DNA of 64,000 bases from Guillardia theta CCMP2712. Its lineage: Eukaryota > Protista > Cryptophyta. Position numbers and translations under genes: made by a program. Under the pieces are notes generated by a model, which saw only the letters and a list, made by a program, of their open reading frames with translations, ran no database searches and was not told the origin of the DNA. Every line of letters begins with the position of its first letter. Position 1 is the stretch's first letter. The stretch spans positions 193,751 to 257,750 of the forward strand of contig NW_005434613.1 in assembly GCF_000315625.1 (NCBI RefSeq), read 5' to 3'. Below are positions 60,151 through 64,000 of this stretch, in pieces.

Positions 60151-61049
60151 AACTTGTCGATTGCCAATGGCCTAACCCTGTTGGCCCTGGCGGCTGTTTC
60201 TTGATCCTCCTCCTACTTACTAAGCAAATTTGACGAGTTTTGTTGAAATGATGTGCTGTTTCAGTTGAATCGCTGCCTACAAGCAGCATGTCAGTTCAAT
60301 CTCTACCTCTGATTTCAAGCAACCGACTCAACCATAAATTGCATCGCAACAACGTTCCCTACAGATCTACATTATCGAGATTGCTCTTGATGCTGTCTAC
60401 CTTTCTTCTCCTTCCCCTTCTCCTCCGACTCATATACAGCGTCTCCACTGCTCCTTTCCTCCGTCTTATGAATCTCATTCCACTTCCTCTTCCCTTTCCT
60501 TCGCCTATCTAGATTCTGCGCTCCTCCTCCCCTCCTTCCCCTTGGTCTCGGCAAGTAGATTTTCAAGCTCAAACCTCCCCCGCAACCAGCAATTGGCAGC
60601 AAGGAGGGCTTCGAGCCCTCGTTACCTTCCCATCCCCTCCTTTCCGTCCAATCATTCGAGCGCAAACTACCTTAGCTGACTCGTTCCAACATGAACCACT
60701 TTAGCTAACTCGTTCCATCATTGCTGTAGCTCAGCGCTGAGGATCGACCATGATAGAAGAGCGAGGCCAATCATGCTGCCAAACTGAAGCCCCTGCCCAG
60801 CCCTGTCTATCCCGTCCACCTTGCAACAGATGCTACTTCTTCTTCCTCCTCATTCTTCTTCTGCTCTTGACTTTGACCTCCCATCGTACACTTTTTTGCA
60901 CCTCCTGCTTTCCTGTCCTGTTCTTCATGAATCCCACGCACAGGAAAAGGGGTGTGTTGGAACATTCGGCCGTCTCTCATTCTCGTCTTTCTCAAAACAT
61001 TGCTTAAACTGCAACAACTGCTGCTGCCACTCTTCTTGTCTGCCTCCAT

Positions 61050-61345
61050 GCCCCCTGCTCCCCTGCCCCCTGCTCCCCTGCCCCCTGCTCCCCTGCCCCC
61101 TGCTCCCCTGCCCCCTGCTCCCCTGCCCCCTGCCCTCTTTCTGTCTCCTGTCTCCAACCTTCTCCTTCCCTCCTCCCCCACTCCTTTCTGGAGACTCACT
61201 GACCACTCCTGCCACCTGACTCCCGGCTCCCGGCTCCGGCTCCCGGCTCCGGCTCCCGGCTCCCGGCTCCTCCTTCCTGCCTCCTGCCTCCTGCCTCCTC
61301 TCTGTCCTCCTGCCTCCCTCTGTCCTCCTGCCTCCCTCTGTCCTC
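61050..61345. repeat. Adjacent short tandem repeats: 15 bp CCCCCTGCTCCCCTG (about 5 copies), 6-7 bp GGCTCC(C) and 18 bp CTCTGTCCTCCTGCCTCC
   Basis: Directly visible tandem units. Confidence 0.9.
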
Positions 61346-61479
61346 GCTCCCCCTCCCTCCTGCCTCACACAACCATTGGATGTTGAAATTTCTTAGGGAC
61401 AAACCCCATCTTGACATCCGTGCAGTGTATATCCGTCAGTATCCGTGAGTATCCGTGAGTATCCGAAAATTGAACGGCG

Positions 61480-62825
61480 TACGGGGTCGCCCACCCTACC
61501 CCCTAATTGTCCTCAATAGTGCAGATGTCGAGAGGGGTATATTGCATAGGTGACTTGTAGGTTTTCTATTGCAGAATCTACTGAAATGGGGGCCGTTTCA
61601 AAAACATTCACAATAAATTTGTACCGAACTCACACAAATTTATTGTCCAGTGTACTTGTGTCCTTGGGGTGGTCTGCAGAGAACGTGAAAATCGTATTGC
61701 AAAGGGTGGGTGGGTGCATGATACGAGGGGTACTAATCGGGTGTCAAGTTGATTTGACGGGGTATTTTACCATATTCTTCAGGGGTGGGGATATGCTTTG
61801 AAATGGTGGTAACGATTTAGTAGGTGAATACAAGGGGTAGGGGTTATTGGGGGATGTTGGGGGTGGGGTGGTTTATGCCGGGAGACTTGGCCCGCCGATC
61901 GGATCGAGGGGAAGGGTGAGACCGAGGGGTCGGGTCATGGTGATGAGATGAGGGGTAGGGGTCCGAATGAGTTTTGCTCCTGATCCATAAAGGGTGGGTC
62001 TCTTGACGGATTCTTTGGGGTACATTTCATCTCTTTCGGATCATGAGGGGGTACGGAACCACCGGACGGGGTGACGGGGATTGGCGACCCATACGAAACC
62101 CTGGAGGGTAGGGGCACAAATGTTAAGTGAGGAGTTGGCGACATATTATACCCCATTTTTATGTCAATCTATAAAGTATTGAATGGTATAGCGCAATTGT
62201 CAACTAGAAATTGATTTCCAAAAAGTGTAGGAAGGCAATAGGAAAATTGGGGGGTCATGGCATTTCAAGCACCCCTTCCTTTAACTGGGTTTTGGGGGAC
62301 ATTCGAGTATTCATTAGTATCACATTAGTCAAGCAGGGGTGCTTGGAGGAGAATCCTCAAAAACAAACAGAAAATTTAAAGTATATGATCATACATGGAG
62401 GTGGAACTATAAAAAGATGCCAAGTTGAACTATCATGATATGAAAACTACCCCCTTGTGACATCTCCGCAGCCGGCCACGCAGGGGTACGAGAAACAGGT
62501 AGGTGGAGGTGGGTTACCCCACCCTTTTACTATCCTCAGATCTCATCACAAAGTGTACAAAGCACATGAGATTGAAGGGGTACTCCGTTTGTTACAACTT
62601 CTCAAGTGGGTAGGGTGCCGCAAAGCTTCATGCGGGGGTGGAGTTGATGCCAGGGTGCATTGTGAGTGTGACTCGATTAGAAAGCTGGGTGGGGGTGGTC
62701 AGTGACCGAAATATAGGGGTAAAAATAAGAGTAAAATCACCGGTAGTCGAACATCCCGGAGCCTTGGCGGACTACCCCACCACCCTTATCCCCTGAGATC
62801 CATTCCAGATGATCGATCCCCTACG
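61480..62825. other. GGGGT(A)-punctuated tract of non-repeating short segments, with local switches of polarity
   Basis: GGGGTA/GGGGTG/GGGTGGG recur about every 20-40 nt over 1.3 kb. Short ACCCC-oriented patches near 62150, 62270, 62450, 62520 and 62775. No credible ORF. Confidence 0.6.
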
Positions 62826-62949
62826 AACACTTTGTGAGGCATGTGCTCGAAGGAGCCGGACCCCCGCTACAGCGACTGCCATGCGTAGTCCTGTGCTTTG
62901 ACGGCAGATGCGAGGGCCTCCTGCGCTTGCAATTTATCCCAGCAACATG

Positions 62950-64000
62950 CTTCATGGCAAAGAAATCCCTCTTGTGGTCTTCTTCCCTTTATTCCTATCT
63001 CGTACGGTAGCAATTACCGGCATTGGCCACACCAAAACACTCTCCTTGCCCTCTCCTACCCTTTGATTACCGCGATTGCCCGTATCTATCTCAGTGATAT
63101 TTCCAGAGATGTCCTTGTCTTTCTTGGTTTGCACCACGCTGCTCTACCATCTTTCGTTTGCAGCAATGATGCAATCGTTCTCAATCGAATCGCATCCTGC
63201 ACCTTTCATGCTCCTCGATCGATTTATGATTCTATTTCAATCTGTCTTTCTATGATAATCCTCCCTTCTTTGACGATCGTCTCACTTGAATCCAGCACAA
63301 AGTACAGTTTCTATCTCCTTTTGGTCCTGAGGTGTTTCTTCTTCTTTCCTCGTACGCATCTGTCCCCATTTCTGTCCCATCTTTACTGTGCTGGTTAGAG
63401 TTGAAACAGCTACATCTTGTCAACTACGGCAACCATTGTGTTTCTGCCTTGACCCTACTCATGAAATATTCCTCATGGAGGAACCGGTCTGCTTCCTTGA
63501 TGTCAAGATCACGGGGTTTTGTTTTCAACACCATTTTAATCCTTCCCACCTCATTTGAAAGCGTTACTCAATTCATCAGCTTCCCTCTGTTCAGGATGAA
63601 GAGAACTTGAGAATGAGTGAAACACACAACATTCAAAGATCTTGATTCTCAAAGATTGACCATTTCATTGCAGAACACCGTATTTCTACTCGCGAGCAGA
63701 AAATTTTCTGAACATCGACCTCGTTCTATCGCGTTGTTTTGTCTTCAATGTGCGTTGAATCGTCAGTATTTGGGATGAAGCTCTTCAAGTTGTCAGCGTT
63801 CTCTATTCTTTTCTTGCTCATGGTGTGTACAAACGCCATGGTAGTTAGCGGAACAGGCATGGGCCTGTACTCCTCAACAGAGGTACCTCGGATGGCGGAT
63901 GTGAATTCACCTTCAGTAACCGGAGCGAAGCTGGATAACAGGCATGCTAGCATCAACATGTTGTTTGGCATGGGGGCTTACTCTGAGAGCAGATCGCCTA
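62950..64000 (-). CDS. Internal or 3' exons of a hypothetical gene running off the window end
   Basis: Open minus-strand exons (63726-63971 ORF; 'VLKTKPRDLDIKEADRFLHEEYF' near 63460-63540). No motif recognised. Confidence 0.35.

Noticed and set aside
60807-61417. GRGAG / PAPLP repeat ORFs (collagen- or extensin-like)
   Set aside because: Explained by 15 bp and 6-7 bp tandem repeats that are open in all frames.
1-64000. tRNA, rRNA or snRNA genes
   Set aside because: None recognised by eye. A covariance-model scan (tRNAscan-SE/Infernal) would be needed to exclude them.

Overview
Eukaryotic, intron-dense nuclear DNA. Short GT-AG introns filled with (GGA)n/(CCT)n tracts, a bipartite signal peptide + Phe plastid-targeting leader, an RLRGG leader motif, a POP-type organellar polymerase and an expanded SHAQKY Myb family point to an alga with a complex plastid, most likely a cryptophyte such as Guillardia (inference). 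Genes in order: amino acid transporter, fucosyltransferase-like protein, bacterial-type photolyase with a spliced C-terminal ubiquitin-like domain, plastid DNL zinc-ribbon protein, F-box/LRR protein, POP DNA polymerase, secreted double-CBM48 protein, an intronless DUF4258-like/ankyrin ORF pair with overlapping stop and start codons, FkbM methyltransferase, RCC1-repeat protein, GOST 7TM protein, a tandem array of four SHAQK(H)Y Myb genes plus a fragment, a CHAT(caspase-like)-SAM-Schlafen-type helicase gene and a defective PIF/Harbinger transposon with intact TIRs. Main unexplained signals: (1) intergenic tracts of non-repeating 20-40 nt segments punctuated by a strand-polarised GGGGT(A)/(T)ACCCC motif, with one site where two paralogous copies carry different segments between identical flanks; (2) a ~460-480 bp promoter segment in opposite orientation in front of two paralogous Myb genes; (3) the CHAT-SAM-helicase as a candidate immune sensor-effector. 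All family calls are from motif recognition by eye. No database search was run, and exon boundaries are approximate unless stated.
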